A stretch of 52,434 nucleotides of DNA, from IMG/VR virus record IMGVR_UViG_3300036791_000368, positions 1-52,434 of that record; one strand, 5' to 3'. This document shows positions 24,795 through 33,813 of the stretch, piece after piece. A program made the translations under genes and the position numbers. Origin of the DNA: a virus. Its lineage: Duplodnaviria; Caudoviricetes. The notes under the pieces are model-generated. The model worked only from the letters and a program-made list of their open reading frames with translations, had not been told where the DNA came from and ran no database searches. How positions within the stretch are numbered: the first letter of the stretch is position 1; each line of letters opens with the position of its first letter.

Positions 24795-27085
24795 GACGTC
24801 ATCCGTTAGCGAGATGTGAAGACTGCAGTTTGAATAACGACCACAGTGTGTTCGTCCCATCATTTGGGCCAATAGAGAACCCGGAGGTGATTATAGTTGG
24901 AGAAGGACCAGGAGTTCAAGAAGCACGAAGAGGCATTCCTTTTGTTGGCCCAAGCGGCAAATTACTGGACGTCGTACTCAGAGGCCATGGATTTAGCCGA
25001 GACAAAGCTTACATCACTAATGCCTGCCTTTGCAGGTCAAAGGATAATGCTACGCCTACTGCAAGAGATGTCGCAGCATGCAACCCAAGATTGCACAGCG
25101 AGGTGGCAGAGGCTACAAAAAATGGAGCATCCATCATCACACTCGGCAACGTCGCCGCCGGAGCTATCTTTGATACAAAAGTCGGCATCACAACCTTCAG
25201 AGTCGGGCCGGCACGTCAAACCCACCTCTACCCCGGAGTCAGAGTAGTACCCACAATACACCCAGCCTACGTACTAAGAATGCCAGACGCATTCCCGATG
25301 CTCGTAGACGATATAGGAAAGGTAAGAGCGAGTGCAGACATACGATGGGAAGCCCCAGTCTTTAAAGTCTTTGATGAAGGGCCTATCGCTTTGCGCGCAT
25401 TGTCCGAGTTGCGCAAGAGATCTGGTGACGTGGTCGTTGACATCGAAGTCGGAGCGGAGAAGGATGAAGAGTTCGTCCATCCAGATCGATATCAGCTGCT
25501 GTGCGTTGGACTCTGTTACGCTCCTGGACGTGCAATCGTTATTGGTGAGACCGCGTTACAAGACACCAGAGTGCGGAGTATGCTCGGTGATCTCCTTAGA
25601 GATGAGGGGGTACGAGTCATCGCGCACAATGGAAAGTTTGATCTCGCGGGCCTCGAGCACGTTATCGGTAAAACCAAGCTCGGCTTCGACACTATGCTCG
25701 CCAGCTACGCAGTCGACGAACGGCAAGGAACCCATGGACTTAAGTACTTAGCAAGAGAGAAGTTAGGTGCACCTAACTACAGCCTCGAGATCCATAAGTA
25801 CTTGAAGAAGAAGGGCGACAACTTCGCACACATACCTAAAGAGGTACTGCATAAGTACAACGCGTACGACGTAGTATGTACGTTTGCTCTGAAGGATATG
25901 TACGAAGACCAAATGAAACGAGAGGGTGTTACTCGTGTACACGATATGTTGGTACGAGCGAGCGACATGCTTATGGCGGCCGAGATGCGTGGACTACGAA
26001 TTGACTTGCAGCATACAGAACGGATTGCTGACGACTTCATATCCGAGTTGTACCGTCTGGAGAAGCAACTGTCGCGATGGGTGAATAACCCTCGTAGCCC
26101 ACTTCAAGTCAAAGCATCCTTGAAGGAGTTGGAGATCGATGTTTCAAGTACGAACGTAGATACGTTAAACAGGATCCTAACGCTTTCGAAGAACGAAGAG
26201 GTTCATGAGTTCGTAAAGTTGCTACTAGAGCATCGTCGACAGACTAAACTCTACGGCACATATGTTAAGGGCACCCTTCGAAGGTTGTACAAAGGTAGAG
26301 TGCACCCCACCTTCTTGCTTCACGGAACTACCACAGGGCGATTGAGCTGTCGCAATCCAAATCTACAGAACGTTCCGCGTGAGTCAAGAATCAAGAAAAT
26401 GTTCGTACCGTCAGAAGGGAAGACCTTTGTCCAAGCCGACTTCAAAGCTGCCGAAATACGTGTCATGGCTTGCGAAGCTAAGGATGAGTACCTCCGCCAG
26501 CTCTTCGCCGACGGCCGTGACATTCACAGTGAAGTTGCTACTCGATTCTTCGGGTCCAACTTTACTAAGGATCAACGTGTACGTGCGAAAGCCGTCGTCT
26601 TTGGACTTTCGTATGGACGAGAAGAATACTCGTTGGCACAGGAGTATGGATGGTCAGTAGCTGAAGCACGAAAGTACATCGATGCATTCTTCGAACTGAT
26701 CCCAGACGTTGTGAAGTGGCGTGAGGGTATCAAGCAGCAGATCCTACACGGTGAAGAAGATCTGACAACAGCGTTTGGTAGGCACCGTCACATCTGGTTA
26801 GTAACAAACGACAATAAGAATGAAGTAGTGAAAGAGGGTCTAGCCTTTGTACCTCAAAGTACTGCTTCTGATATATGTCTTAATGCTGCTATGGTGCTAC
26901 ACGAGCAGTATGGATTAGACATTCGTCTACTAGTGCATGACAGCATTCTGGTAGAGACCGACACCCCTGCGGAGACAGGACAACTGATGAGCGAGGTGAT
27001 GCCTAGGGTAGCAGCTGAAGTATATAGTGACTACGTACCGTTCCCAGTCGACATTACTAGTGGAGAAAGTTGGGGAAGCTTGTGA
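24791..27085 (+). CDS. polA: Family A DNA polymerase with N-terminal uracil-DNA-glycosylase-like domain and 3'-5' exonuclease
   Basis: UDG family 4: CEDC, VGEGPG..E...PFVG, TNACLC, HPAYVLR. Exonuclease: DIE, HNGKFD, YNAYD. Polymerase: TTGRLS, NLQNVP, DFKAAEIR, RAKAVVFGLSYG, VHDS. Confidence 0.95.
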   Translation: MRRHPLARCEDCSLNNDHSVFVPSFGPIENPEVIIVGEGPGVQEARRGIPFVGPSGKLLDVVLRGHGFSRDKAYITNACLCRSKDNATPTARDVAACNPRLHSEVAEATKNGASIITLGNVAAGAIFDTKVGITTFRVGPARQTHLYPGVRVVPTIHPAYVLRMPDAFPMLVDDIGKVRASADIRWEAPVFKVFDEGPIALRALSELRKRSGDVVVDIEVGAEKDEEFVHPDRYQLLCVGLCYAPGRAIVIGETALQDTRVRSMLGDLLRDEGVRVIAHNGKFDLAGLEHVIGKTKLGFDTMLASYAVDERQGTHGLKYLAREKLGAPNYSLEIHKYLKKKGDNFAHIPKEVLHKYNAYDVVCTFALKDMYEDQMKREGVTRVHDMLVRASDMLMAAEMRGLRIDLQHTERIADDFISELYRLEKQLSRWVNNPRSPLQVKASLKELEIDVSSTNVDTLNRILTLSKNEEVHEFVKLLLEHRRQTKLYGTYVKGTLRRLYKGRVHPTFLLHGTTTGRLSCRNPNLQNVPRESRIKKMFVPSEGKTFVQADFKAAEIRVMACEAKDEYLRQLFADGRDIHSEVATRFFGSNFTKDQRVRAKAVVFGLSYGREEYSLAQEYGWSVAEARKYIDAFFELIPDVVKWREGIKQQILHGEEDLTTAFGRHRHIWLVTNDNKNEVVKEGLAFVPQSTASDICLNAAMVLHEQYGLDIRLLVHDSILVETDTPAETGQLMSEVMPRVAAEVYSDYVPFPVDITSGESWGSL

Positions 27086-27528
27086 GAGGAAAGAGTGCAG
27101 AAGTCGGTAACCGTTATAAAAACCAGAACGGTTACTGGGGTACACGTACAGAAGATGGATGGGTGGCCGACCACCGATTCATTATGGAAACACACCTAGA
27201 GCGAAGCCTAGAAAAGGGTGAAAAGGTCGAGTTTGTTGATGGTGACAAGGACAACCTTAACCTAAGTAACCTTCGACTCGTGGGTTCTCCTATCGTACCG
27301 TTTAAGGATCGATTTGGTGCAGACGTAGTCGGAGGCTGTCGAGTACGAATATCTCGAGATGAGAATCAACGACCTTCAAGGGGTACATGGTCACGATATC
27401 GAAACAAGCTGGGCGAGGTCTTATTTGTTAAGGCCGAAGACCACGAAGCGTGTGTTAAGCTTGACGGTAAGGAGGACCCAACATGGTTTGCCGACTACGA
27501 ACTGGTAGTACTTGATGAAGCACACTAA
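27082..27528 (+). CDS. Protein with a degenerate HNH-like N-terminal domain
   Basis: HRFIMETHLER...VEFVDGDKDNLNLSNL, lacking the usual catalytic His. Confidence 0.65.
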   Translation: MRGKSAEVGNRYKNQNGYWGTRTEDGWVADHRFIMETHLERSLEKGEKVEFVDGDKDNLNLSNLRLVGSPIVPFKDRFGADVVGGCRVRISRDENQRPSRGTWSRYRNKLGEVLFVKAEDHEACVKLDGKEDPTWFADYELVVLDEAH

Positions 27529-27754
27529 AGTCCGTGGTAGGCCTAAGGGCTCGATAAAGAGAGACCTGCATCCTGAAACGAAAAGATGCTCCGCTCCAAA
27601 TCATGACGGCGATCGAGAGCTGTCTATAGACAACTTCTACTTCGATAAGAATCGTTTACGTTTCAAGTCCTGGTGCAAACGCTGTATACTCAACCCAGAA
27701 GCTAAAAGGTACCAGAGAGTGTTTGAACGAGAGTTTCCAGTAGATGAAGAATAG
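27515..27754 (+). CDS. Putative zinc-binding protein
   Basis: KRC..H...NFY...SWCKRC. Confidence 0.65.
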   Translation: MKHTKVRGRPKGSIKRDLHPETKRCSAPNHDGDRELSIDNFYFDKNRLRFKSWCKRCILNPEAKRYQRVFEREFPVDEE

Positions 27755-27836
27755 ACCGTTTTGCCCCATTAAAGATCACAGCAAATAAATGGGGAAAATC
27801 AGTCTATACCTCTTAGAATCGCATTGTCAATATAAG

Positions 27837-27894
27837 AGACTTGCGTGCCCCAAAAAATCGAGGAGTAATCTATTTTTTTGGGGCACGCAGGTCT
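27837..27894. terminator. 21-bp stem-loop in an AT-rich intergenic gap
   Basis: AGACTTGCGTGCCCCAAAAAA / TTTTTTGGGGCACGCAGGTCT; a weaker hairpin lies at about 27759-27798. Confidence 0.6.
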
Positions 27895-27918
27895 AACTAA
27901 AGAGCTTCAGGAGTCATT

Positions 27919-28389
27919 ATGGTATACGCAATAGCACTTGACCCGGGCGGAACAACGGGCGTAGCAATCGTCAGAGACCCTGATCAACCATGGAGCATAG
28001 TCGTAGACCAGCTAACAGGTGATCACTACATGGAGCTGTTCCGAATGCTCTACACATTAGAGCCGGAGTACATCATATGCGAGTCGTTTGAGAACCGCGG
28101 TCAGAGCAATACGCTACTGACTTCGATGGAGTATATCGGCGTAGTGAAGCTGTACATACAGCGGACCGGTACTATCGGGGTATGGCAGTCAGCTTCCACA
28201 GGGAAGGCTTTCTGGACAGATGCAGCGCTCAAGAAGTATGGTCTATACGTACCTGGTCTAAAGCACGCAAGAGACGCTATACGCCACTACGCTGCGTGGC
28301 AAACCTTTGCAAATAAAGACCGCAGCCTCTTACAGGACTCAGCGGTCGGGTCGTCCGTAGTAGTTCGCGGAGCCGAAGCAATAGACTGA
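27919..28389 (+). CDS. RuvC-like Holliday junction resolvase
   Basis: IALDPGGTTGVA, IICESF, HARDAIRH. Confidence 0.8.
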   Translation: MVYAIALDPGGTTGVAIVRDPDQPWSIVVDQLTGDHYMELFRMLYTLEPEYIICESFENRGQSNTLLTSMEYIGVVKLYIQRTGTIGVWQSASTGKAFWTDAALKKYGLYVPGLKHARDAIRHYAAWQTFANKDRSLLQDSAVGSSVVVRGAEAID

Positions 28390-29121
28390 ACCTTCGTCAG
28401 CAACGATTCGGTAACCGTTATTGCCGACACCAGCGATGCCTACAATGGCATGACCTTTCGGAACAACGTTCGGACTGTTCGGTGCACCTTTGAACTGCGC
28501 GTCACCAAATGCGTAGACAGCGCCGTCAGGCTTAACGATCCAGTAACCGTTACCACTTGCAGTGTTTGCGATCATGTCTTCTCCTCCCTGTGGGATTGAT
28601 GGTGTTGTAGTTCCTTCTCGAGCCTCCGTGATGACACGCTCCCAAGGGAAGCTTGGTCCTGGATCCCAATGGCCGCCACCCGACGCACCTAGATCTACGT
28701 GGCCGCAAACTCCCGCTGCTCCGCCTTGAGCTTCGGAGCTAGACAGCTTACGTATTGGAATGCCGAAAGCGGAAGCTTCCTCTGCAATCCAAGCTGCGCA
28801 GTTCGACAGCATCGTCGGGTGGCGACTCCATTCGTCGGGAGACCATGCAGCGAAGGCGCACAGTTCAGTTGAATCGCTGTACGGGTTCGCATTAGCTTGA
28901 GTCCAAGCCTTACTGGTCCTCGCAACGTACTCTCCAATGGTCCCTGGTGTATCGTCGATGCCAGTCTGTGAGGACACACCTGACGCAGGGTTCTGGAAGA
29001 ACGATCCTAACGACTGGTATGTCGTCGCACCCTCAGCTGTGTGGATGACAATCAAACGTACACTAGACCCTCGCGAGCTGTAGTTCGGTGACGGAATAAT
29101 ATGACGGTTAAGCGGCATCAT
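28339..29121 (-). CDS. Endolysin: N-acetylmuramoyl-L-alanine amidase plus C-terminal cell-wall-binding repeats
   Basis: IVIHTAEG, AWT, ELC, GHVD..HWDPG; repeats GYWIVKPDGAVYAFGDA and GYRIVADEGSVYCFGSA. Confidence 0.92.
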   Translation of the reverse strand: MMPLNRHIIPSPNYSSRGSSVRLIVIHTAEGATTYQSLGSFFQNPASGVSSQTGIDDTPGTIGEYVARTSKAWTQANANPYSDSTELCAFAAWSPDEWSRHPTMLSNCAAWIAEEASAFGIPIRKLSSSEAQGGAAGVCGHVDLGASGGGHWDPGPSFPWERVITEAREGTTTPSIPQGGEDMIANTASGNGYWIVKPDGAVYAFGDAQFKGAPNSPNVVPKGHAIVGIAGVGNNGYRIVADEGSVYCFGSANYYGRPDR

Positions 29122-29233
29122 TTCCCCTTGGTGGCGGAGCTCCCGGTGTCCCGTCATCTTCTAGAGACTCGGCAGGCTCCTCTCTTGGCTCTGGTTCCGG
29201 CTCTGGCCATTGTGTTCGCTCTATACGTTCCAT
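29108..29233 (-). CDS. Small Pro/Glu-rich protein (41 aa, not in ORF track)
   Basis: AAGGAG RBS; MERIERTQWPEPEPEPREEP... Confidence 0.45.
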   Translation of the reverse strand: MERIERTQWPEPEPEPREEPAESLEDDGTPGAPPPRGNDAA

Positions 29234-29244
29234 ACTGCTCCTTT

Positions 29245-29754
29245 CTAGTTCCCGTCAGCGAGAAACCTAATACCAGATACTGACTGCCACCACGTATAGC
29301 CGGTAGTAGTCGTGCTGCAGTTCGCCGTAACAACAGTACCATCGGGCACAATGTCTACCCGACCTGGTCCACCGGACGCTGCTTGGTTGGATTGTTGTTG
29401 TGAAAAGAGAAGTCGATTTGCTGGGCGGAACCCGCTAGGTAACGTGCAGATCGTAGGACCACTGCCCCCGCCAGCTACGCTAGTATTGATGCACGAACAA
29501 AGTCCTCTCAGATACACCCATCCTAGACTGTCCTTCATGTACTGACCAGCACGCCATCCACTACCAAAATCGGTAAAGGCGCTGGTGTACGGAAGCCCAG
29601 CCCATACGCCGGCTTTGGGACCCACACCAGCTGGACCAATAGCTCCAGCCGCACCAGCTGTACCTATGCTACCTGGGCCACCTGGCGGACCTTGAGCACC
29701 AGGTACAGCAATGAAAGCTCCGGTCGCGACGTCCCAGTACTTGAGGAGAGGCAT
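29245..29754 (-). CDS. Collagen-repeat fibre protein, family A paralogue 3
   Basis: LKYWDVATGA, Gly-X-Y run, GWVYLRGL, TLPSGFRPA. Confidence 0.85.
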   Translation of the reverse strand: MPLLKYWDVATGAFIAVPGAQGPPGGPGSIGTAGAAGAIGPAGVGPKAGVWAGLPYTSAFTDFGSGWRAGQYMKDSLGWVYLRGLCSCINTSVAGGGSGPTICTLPSGFRPANRLLFSQQQSNQAASGGPGRVDIVPDGTVVTANCSTTTTGYTWWQSVSGIRFLADGN

Positions 29755-29755
29755 A

Positions 29756-30259
29756 TCAACCTCCATCCGCTAGGAACTGAATACCGGAAAGTTGTACCCA
29801 CGGGTTGGTTGCGGCAAAGGCTGTTGTAGTGAACACTACACCTCCATCGCTTTGAACCTGCAGACGCCCCGGTCCCTGACCGTACGTCGCGTACCCACCA
29901 ATAACAATCGGGAACAACTCCCACGCAGCAGGACGAAACCCACTAGGTAAAGTTGTGATGATCGGCCCAGTACTTGAGTACGCAACCGATCCACTTAGCT
30001 GAGCAAGTCCGCGGATAAAGACCCACCCTTGGCTGTCTTTCATGTACTGGACGGGATTGAACGAATTCCCATAGTTCGACCAACCCGCCCCAAAAGAAAC
30101 CTGTACCCAAGCACCTAAAGATGCTGAAGAACCTGACGGACCTTGAGCTCCAGCCGCTCCTGGTGGCCCAGTCGGACCTTGCACACCTTGGGGGCCAGGT
30201 ATAGATGGCAACGAGATGAAAGCTCCAGTAGCGACGTCCCAGTACTTGAGGAGCGTCAT
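29756..30259 (-). CDS. Collagen-repeat fibre protein, family A paralogue 2
   Basis: LKYWDVATGA, Gly-X-Y run, GWVFIRGL, TLPSGFRPA. Confidence 0.85.
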   Translation of the reverse strand: MTLLKYWDVATGAFISLPSIPGPQGVQGPTGPPGAAGAQGPSGSSASLGAWVQVSFGAGWSNYGNSFNPVQYMKDSQGWVFIRGLAQLSGSVAYSSTGPIITTLPSGFRPAAWELFPIVIGGYATYGQGPGRLQVQSDGGVVFTTTAFAATNPWVQLSGIQFLADGG

Positions 30260-30260
30260 C

Positions 30261-30767
30261 TCAGCTTCCATCCGCTATGAACTGGATATCAGAGAGCGAA
30301 GCAAAGGTAGCCGCAACCGTGGCTTGCGTAGTTGAGTTGTTGAGCACTACCGTACCGTCAGACAGTACATGAACACGACTAGGGTAGCCTTGAGTTGATA
30401 CCGACCGAACAAGGCTCTGGAAGAGCTCACCGTTCGCTGGTCGGAACCCACTAGGCAAAGTCGCTATAAGGCTGGTCGCATCAGTAGCTATCGCGGAGGT
30501 GCTCGTAACAAGGCCGCGCAGGTAGACGATACCCATCGCGTCCTTAGCGTACTGCCCAGGCCTCCAACCACTACCATAGTCTGACCACGTAGCAGCGTAG
30601 GGTAATGCAGTCCACGTCAAAGAACTACTGTAGGAAGGGCCCTGTGGACCAGGCGCTCCAGCTGGACCCGCTTGTCCTGCTGGACCTTGTATTCCTTGTG
30701 GGCCAGGTGCTCCGGGTATAGTGATGTACGCTCCAGTTGCTACGTCCCAGTATTTAAGCTGCGACAT
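30261..30767 (-). CDS. Collagen-repeat fibre protein, family A paralogue 1
   Basis: LKYWDVATGA, Gly-X-Y run, GIVYLRGL, TLPSGFRPA. Confidence 0.85.
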   Translation of the reverse strand: MSQLKYWDVATGAYITIPGAPGPQGIQGPAGQAGPAGAPGPQGPSYSSSLTWTALPYAATWSDYGSGWRPGQYAKDAMGIVYLRGLVTSTSAIATDATSLIATLPSGFRPANGELFQSLVRSVSTQGYPSRVHVLSDGTVVLNNSTTQATVAATFASLSDIQFIADGS

Positions 30768-30777
30768 AATACCTTTC

Positions 30778-31347
30778 CTAGTTCACGGACAGAAGGTGTA
30801 CTGAGAAGTTCCACAGGGAGACGTACCCCGCTGGGCAGACACCAGCTTGACCTGTACCGTTGTAGTAGGCAATGGCAAGGGTGTCTCCTGCGACGCAGGC
30901 TACCTGGTCGTTGACTTCCGCTTCCCACGCCGTCGATGTGATAGCCGTCTGCGCTGCGCGGGCATACTCCGAGCTATTTTTCATAATCACGATATACGCC
31001 TGACCACCAGCGTTGTTGAAACCGATGTATACCCTACCGACCGCAAGGTATACACCTGGTATGGGTGCAGTAAACGTCCCCGCACCTATGTTCAACAAAC
31101 CGTAGGCGTCATACACCGTTTGGTTGTAAGTGCTGGTGTACGTAGTCGCTGTTGCGGGAATGTTCTGCTGTACATTGGTGTTCGCCTTTGCACGGATGAC
31201 ATCTCGCGCACGTCTCCATGCACCACTAGCTACTCCGTTCTTCGCAACCCACACGTCACCGTTCGGATCGGTATAGGTCTGGACTGTCGTACCCGTCGTA
31301 ACCGGTGGAGGTAGAGGAACAATAGTGGCGTACGTAGCGATAGTCAT
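30778..31347 (-). CDS. C1q-like head protein, family B paralogue 3 (no collagen)
   Basis: LPPPVTTGTTVQTYTD..GDVWVAKNGV..GAWRRARDV; GTFTAPIPGVY. Confidence 0.8.
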   Translation of the reverse strand: MTIATYATIVPLPPPVTTGTTVQTYTDPNGDVWVAKNGVASGAWRRARDVIRAKANTNVQQNIPATATTYTSTYNQTVYDAYGLLNIGAGTFTAPIPGVYLAVGRVYIGFNNAGGQAYIVIMKNSSEYARAAQTAITSTAWEAEVNDQVACVAGDTLAIAYYNGTGQAGVCPAGYVSLWNFSVHLLSVN

Positions 31348-32771
31348 CAGCCCGTCCCCAGATAGTCAACAGTGGCGAATGTCGAGTTCGCGTTCGTACC
31401 ACCCGCAATAGCTGTTCCAGCCGACTCAACAACAGTAAGATAGTCACCAGCTGCACAATAGACACTGCCGGAACCTATCGGCGTTGGATAGAGACCGGCC
31501 GGCATAACAGTGGAAAAACCTTGTGCAGACAGAGAGCCATTCTTGTAGACATCTAGCTGGTACCAGTTAGTGCCTCCAGCTGTTGATAGTACAAGGCCTC
31601 GAGTTTGCAGGTGGTACCAACCAGCAACAATCGCAGAGAACTGTCCTGTCGCAGTCGAATACACACCGTAAACATCTCGATCAATCGTGTCGAAGACCAA
31701 CACCGCGGCTGCTGTAGTCCAGTTGAAAGCTGCGTTGCGCCATACGCGCGCGTGCAATACATCTCGTGCACGCTTCCATGCCCCAGCGTTGACACCGTTC
31801 TTGGCTACCCATACGTCGCCTAGTGCGTCGGTGAAGGTCTGAATCGTAGTCCCAGAGGTGACCGGCGCGGGAAGGTTGGGCGTGCGTGCATCGACGTAGC
31901 TCTTGTTGGCGTAGTCAGCGGGGTTGATCGGAGCCGGAGCCTGAGCCGATCCAATGATGATCACGTTGACGTTGTTCGGCATGTTCTGTGCGACGCGTAC
32001 CTGAAGGTGGTTGGCGTCTTGCACCGAGATCTGAGCAGAGACCATCTGGTTCGTCACTGCGTCCCACATCTGCACCACTGGGGTCGTGGTGCCGAGGTTG
32101 TGTGTGATCGTGTATGGTGACGAAGCAACCGTAGGCGAGGTCAAGGTCTGCATGTACGTGAACGGGTACGCTATAGGAGCTGGGTTGGTACCTGTATCTA
32201 CCCAGAGCAAACCCTCTGGAGGCGCGATAGTAGGCGCAGAGGGGTTCGGAGCAGTAGCAGCTACGTCGACATACGCTGCACCAGGCGCACCAGCAGGTCC
32301 GGCAGCACCAGGTGGTCCTGTTGAACCCGCTGGTCCTGTTGCTCCAGGTGGACCAGGTACCGTAGAGGCTGGTCCTGCCGGTCCAGGCGGACCAGTTGAT
32401 CCTGCGTTACCTGGTGGTCCAGTCGGTCCTTGTGGTCCCTGATCTCCTGCAACTTCAACAACCTCGATCGGCGGGATAGCAGAGATACCACTAACACTGA
32501 TGTGCGTTGGAGGAGCAGTGACTACGTTGACGGGTGTAGCTTGCGTAACGGTTACACTCACTGCCTCGACGGGAGCGAGGTTTACGTTGCCTACGCCAAT
32601 CACGTAGTTTGGCGGTATACCTGTAAGGTTTACGTAGTTCGGTGGTACCGTTACTGCGACAGTTGGTGGAGGTGCTATGATAGCACTGACGTGAGTTGTC
32701 GTCGTCTCTGCTTCGACGATGACCGTACTGGCATCAGTGACCGCTACGATGATGTCGGAGCCGTTGCTCAT
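31347..32771 (-). CDS. Collagen plus C1q-like fibre protein, family B paralogue 2
   Basis: Long Gly-X-Y run, ITHNLGT domain, shared GDVWVAKNGV motif, FDTIDRD..GQFSA..GWY. Confidence 0.85.
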   Translation of the reverse strand: MSNGSDIIVAVTDASTVIVEAETTTTHVSAIIAPPPTVAVTVPPNYVNLTGIPPNYVIGVGNVNLAPVEAVSVTVTQATPVNVVTAPPTHISVSGISAIPPIEVVEVAGDQGPQGPTGPPGNAGSTGPPGPAGPASTVPGPPGATGPAGSTGPPGAAGPAGAPGAAYVDVAATAPNPSAPTIAPPEGLLWVDTGTNPAPIAYPFTYMQTLTSPTVASSPYTITHNLGTTTPVVQMWDAVTNQMVSAQISVQDANHLQVRVAQNMPNNVNVIIIGSAQAPAPINPADYANKSYVDARTPNLPAPVTSGTTIQTFTDALGDVWVAKNGVNAGAWKRARDVLHARVWRNAAFNWTTAAAVLVFDTIDRDVYGVYSTATGQFSAIVAGWYHLQTRGLVLSTAGGTNWYQLDVYKNGSLSAQGFSTVMPAGLYPTPIGSGSVYCAAGDYLTVVESAGTAIAGGTNANSTFATVDYLGTG

Positions 32772-33466
32772 CCTGTTCCTTCATAGTTGAGGGATCCGTA
32801 AGAAGCGTCAGCACGACCAGTTGTTGTCGTGAATGCTGTACCACAGCCGTAGAGAGCACCTAGTGTATCGTTGGCGTTACATCTTTGCACATCATTAACC
32901 GCTATTGTCAGCTGGTTTGTATATCCGCTGTGCAGACTACCAAAAGCTGTTTGTGCTCCATTCAACGTACTTATGAACTGACACCACTGTCCGGCAGCGG
33001 TAGGAGAATATGCTACCAGGAAGGTATAGCGATAAAGTCCTGGTATTGGCACCTTAAGATTGGGAGCTACAAACATGCCGTAAGGGTCATCCTGAGCGGT
33101 ATCAAAGGGAAATGCAGCTTGTCCAATGGTCATGGAGAAGCCAGCATTGCGGTAGATACGTGCATACAGCACATCTCTTGCACGCTTCCACGCCCCACCA
33201 CTTACACCATTTTTAGCGACCCATACATCACCCAGCTGGTCGGTGTACGTCTGGATGGTAGTGCCAGTAGTGACTGGTGGAGGAAGCGTCACATAGGAAG
33301 GTCCTGATGGTCCTACTGGTCCCTGGGGCCCTACTGGCCCTACTGACCCAGGTGGGCCAGCTGGTCCTTGCGCTCCTGGCGGTCCTGCTGCTCCAGCAAT
33401 CGAGACGACGGTGATACCCCAGAAGTTCTCCTGGACAACCGAGACAGTATAGTCCTGTACGGTCAA
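32768..33466 (-). CDS. Collagen plus C1q-like fibre protein, family B paralogue 1
   Basis: Gly-X-Y run, shared GDVWVAKNGV motif, FPFDT..VPIPGLY. Confidence 0.85.
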   Translation of the reverse strand: MTVQDYTVSVVQENFWGITVVSIAGAAGPPGAQGPAGPPGSVGPVGPQGPVGPSGPSYVTLPPPVTTGTTIQTYTDQLGDVWVAKNGVSGGAWKRARDVLYARIYRNAGFSMTIGQAAFPFDTAQDDPYGMFVAPNLKVPIPGLYRYTFLVAYSPTAAGQWCQFISTLNGAQTAFGSLHSGYTNQLTIAVNDVQRCNANDTLGALYGCGTAFTTTTGRADASYGSLNYEGTG

Positions 33467-33801
33467 GGCATTCCTTCCTCCGTTACGTCAGCTGTCACGG
33501 TGACTGTACCTGCGACGACTGTCGTGACACCGTTAGGACCGTCGAGCTCCAAATCCCAAACGCCGTTGAAGCACGTGTCGCTAAGTGTCGCGGATAGCTT
33601 TACGTCTACGATGTTCGGTGTGCTTACCGTGCACGCCATCTCTATCGGCCCAGCTATACCAGGTCCCTTACGGATCTGTGCCTTCGCGGTTACCCCCGTT
33701 AGATCCACAGGGGTCGTCATCGCAGTATCTTGCCAGAGTTTAAACTGCCAGTCGTATGAGTCACCTTGGTAGATCTGTAGGTTGAAATTACCTGGTGCCA
33801 T
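33463..33801 (-). CDS. Tail fibre adaptor-like virion protein
   Basis: LQIYQGDS..PVDLTG.TAKAQIR pattern, upstream of the fibre genes. Confidence 0.7.
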   Translation of the reverse strand: MAPGNFNLQIYQGDSYDWQFKLWQDTAMTTPVDLTGVTAKAQIRKGPGIAGPIEMACTVSTPNIVDVKLSATLSDTCFNGVWDLELDGPNGVTTVVAGTVTVTADVTEEGMP

Positions 33802-33813
33802 TGCTACCTCCTT

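Noticed and set aside
29245-33466. Diversity-generating retroelement or invertible tail-fibre shufflon
   Set aside because: No reverse transcriptase or invertase was recognised. All paralogues are co-oriented complete genes, and their differences are not adenine-specific.
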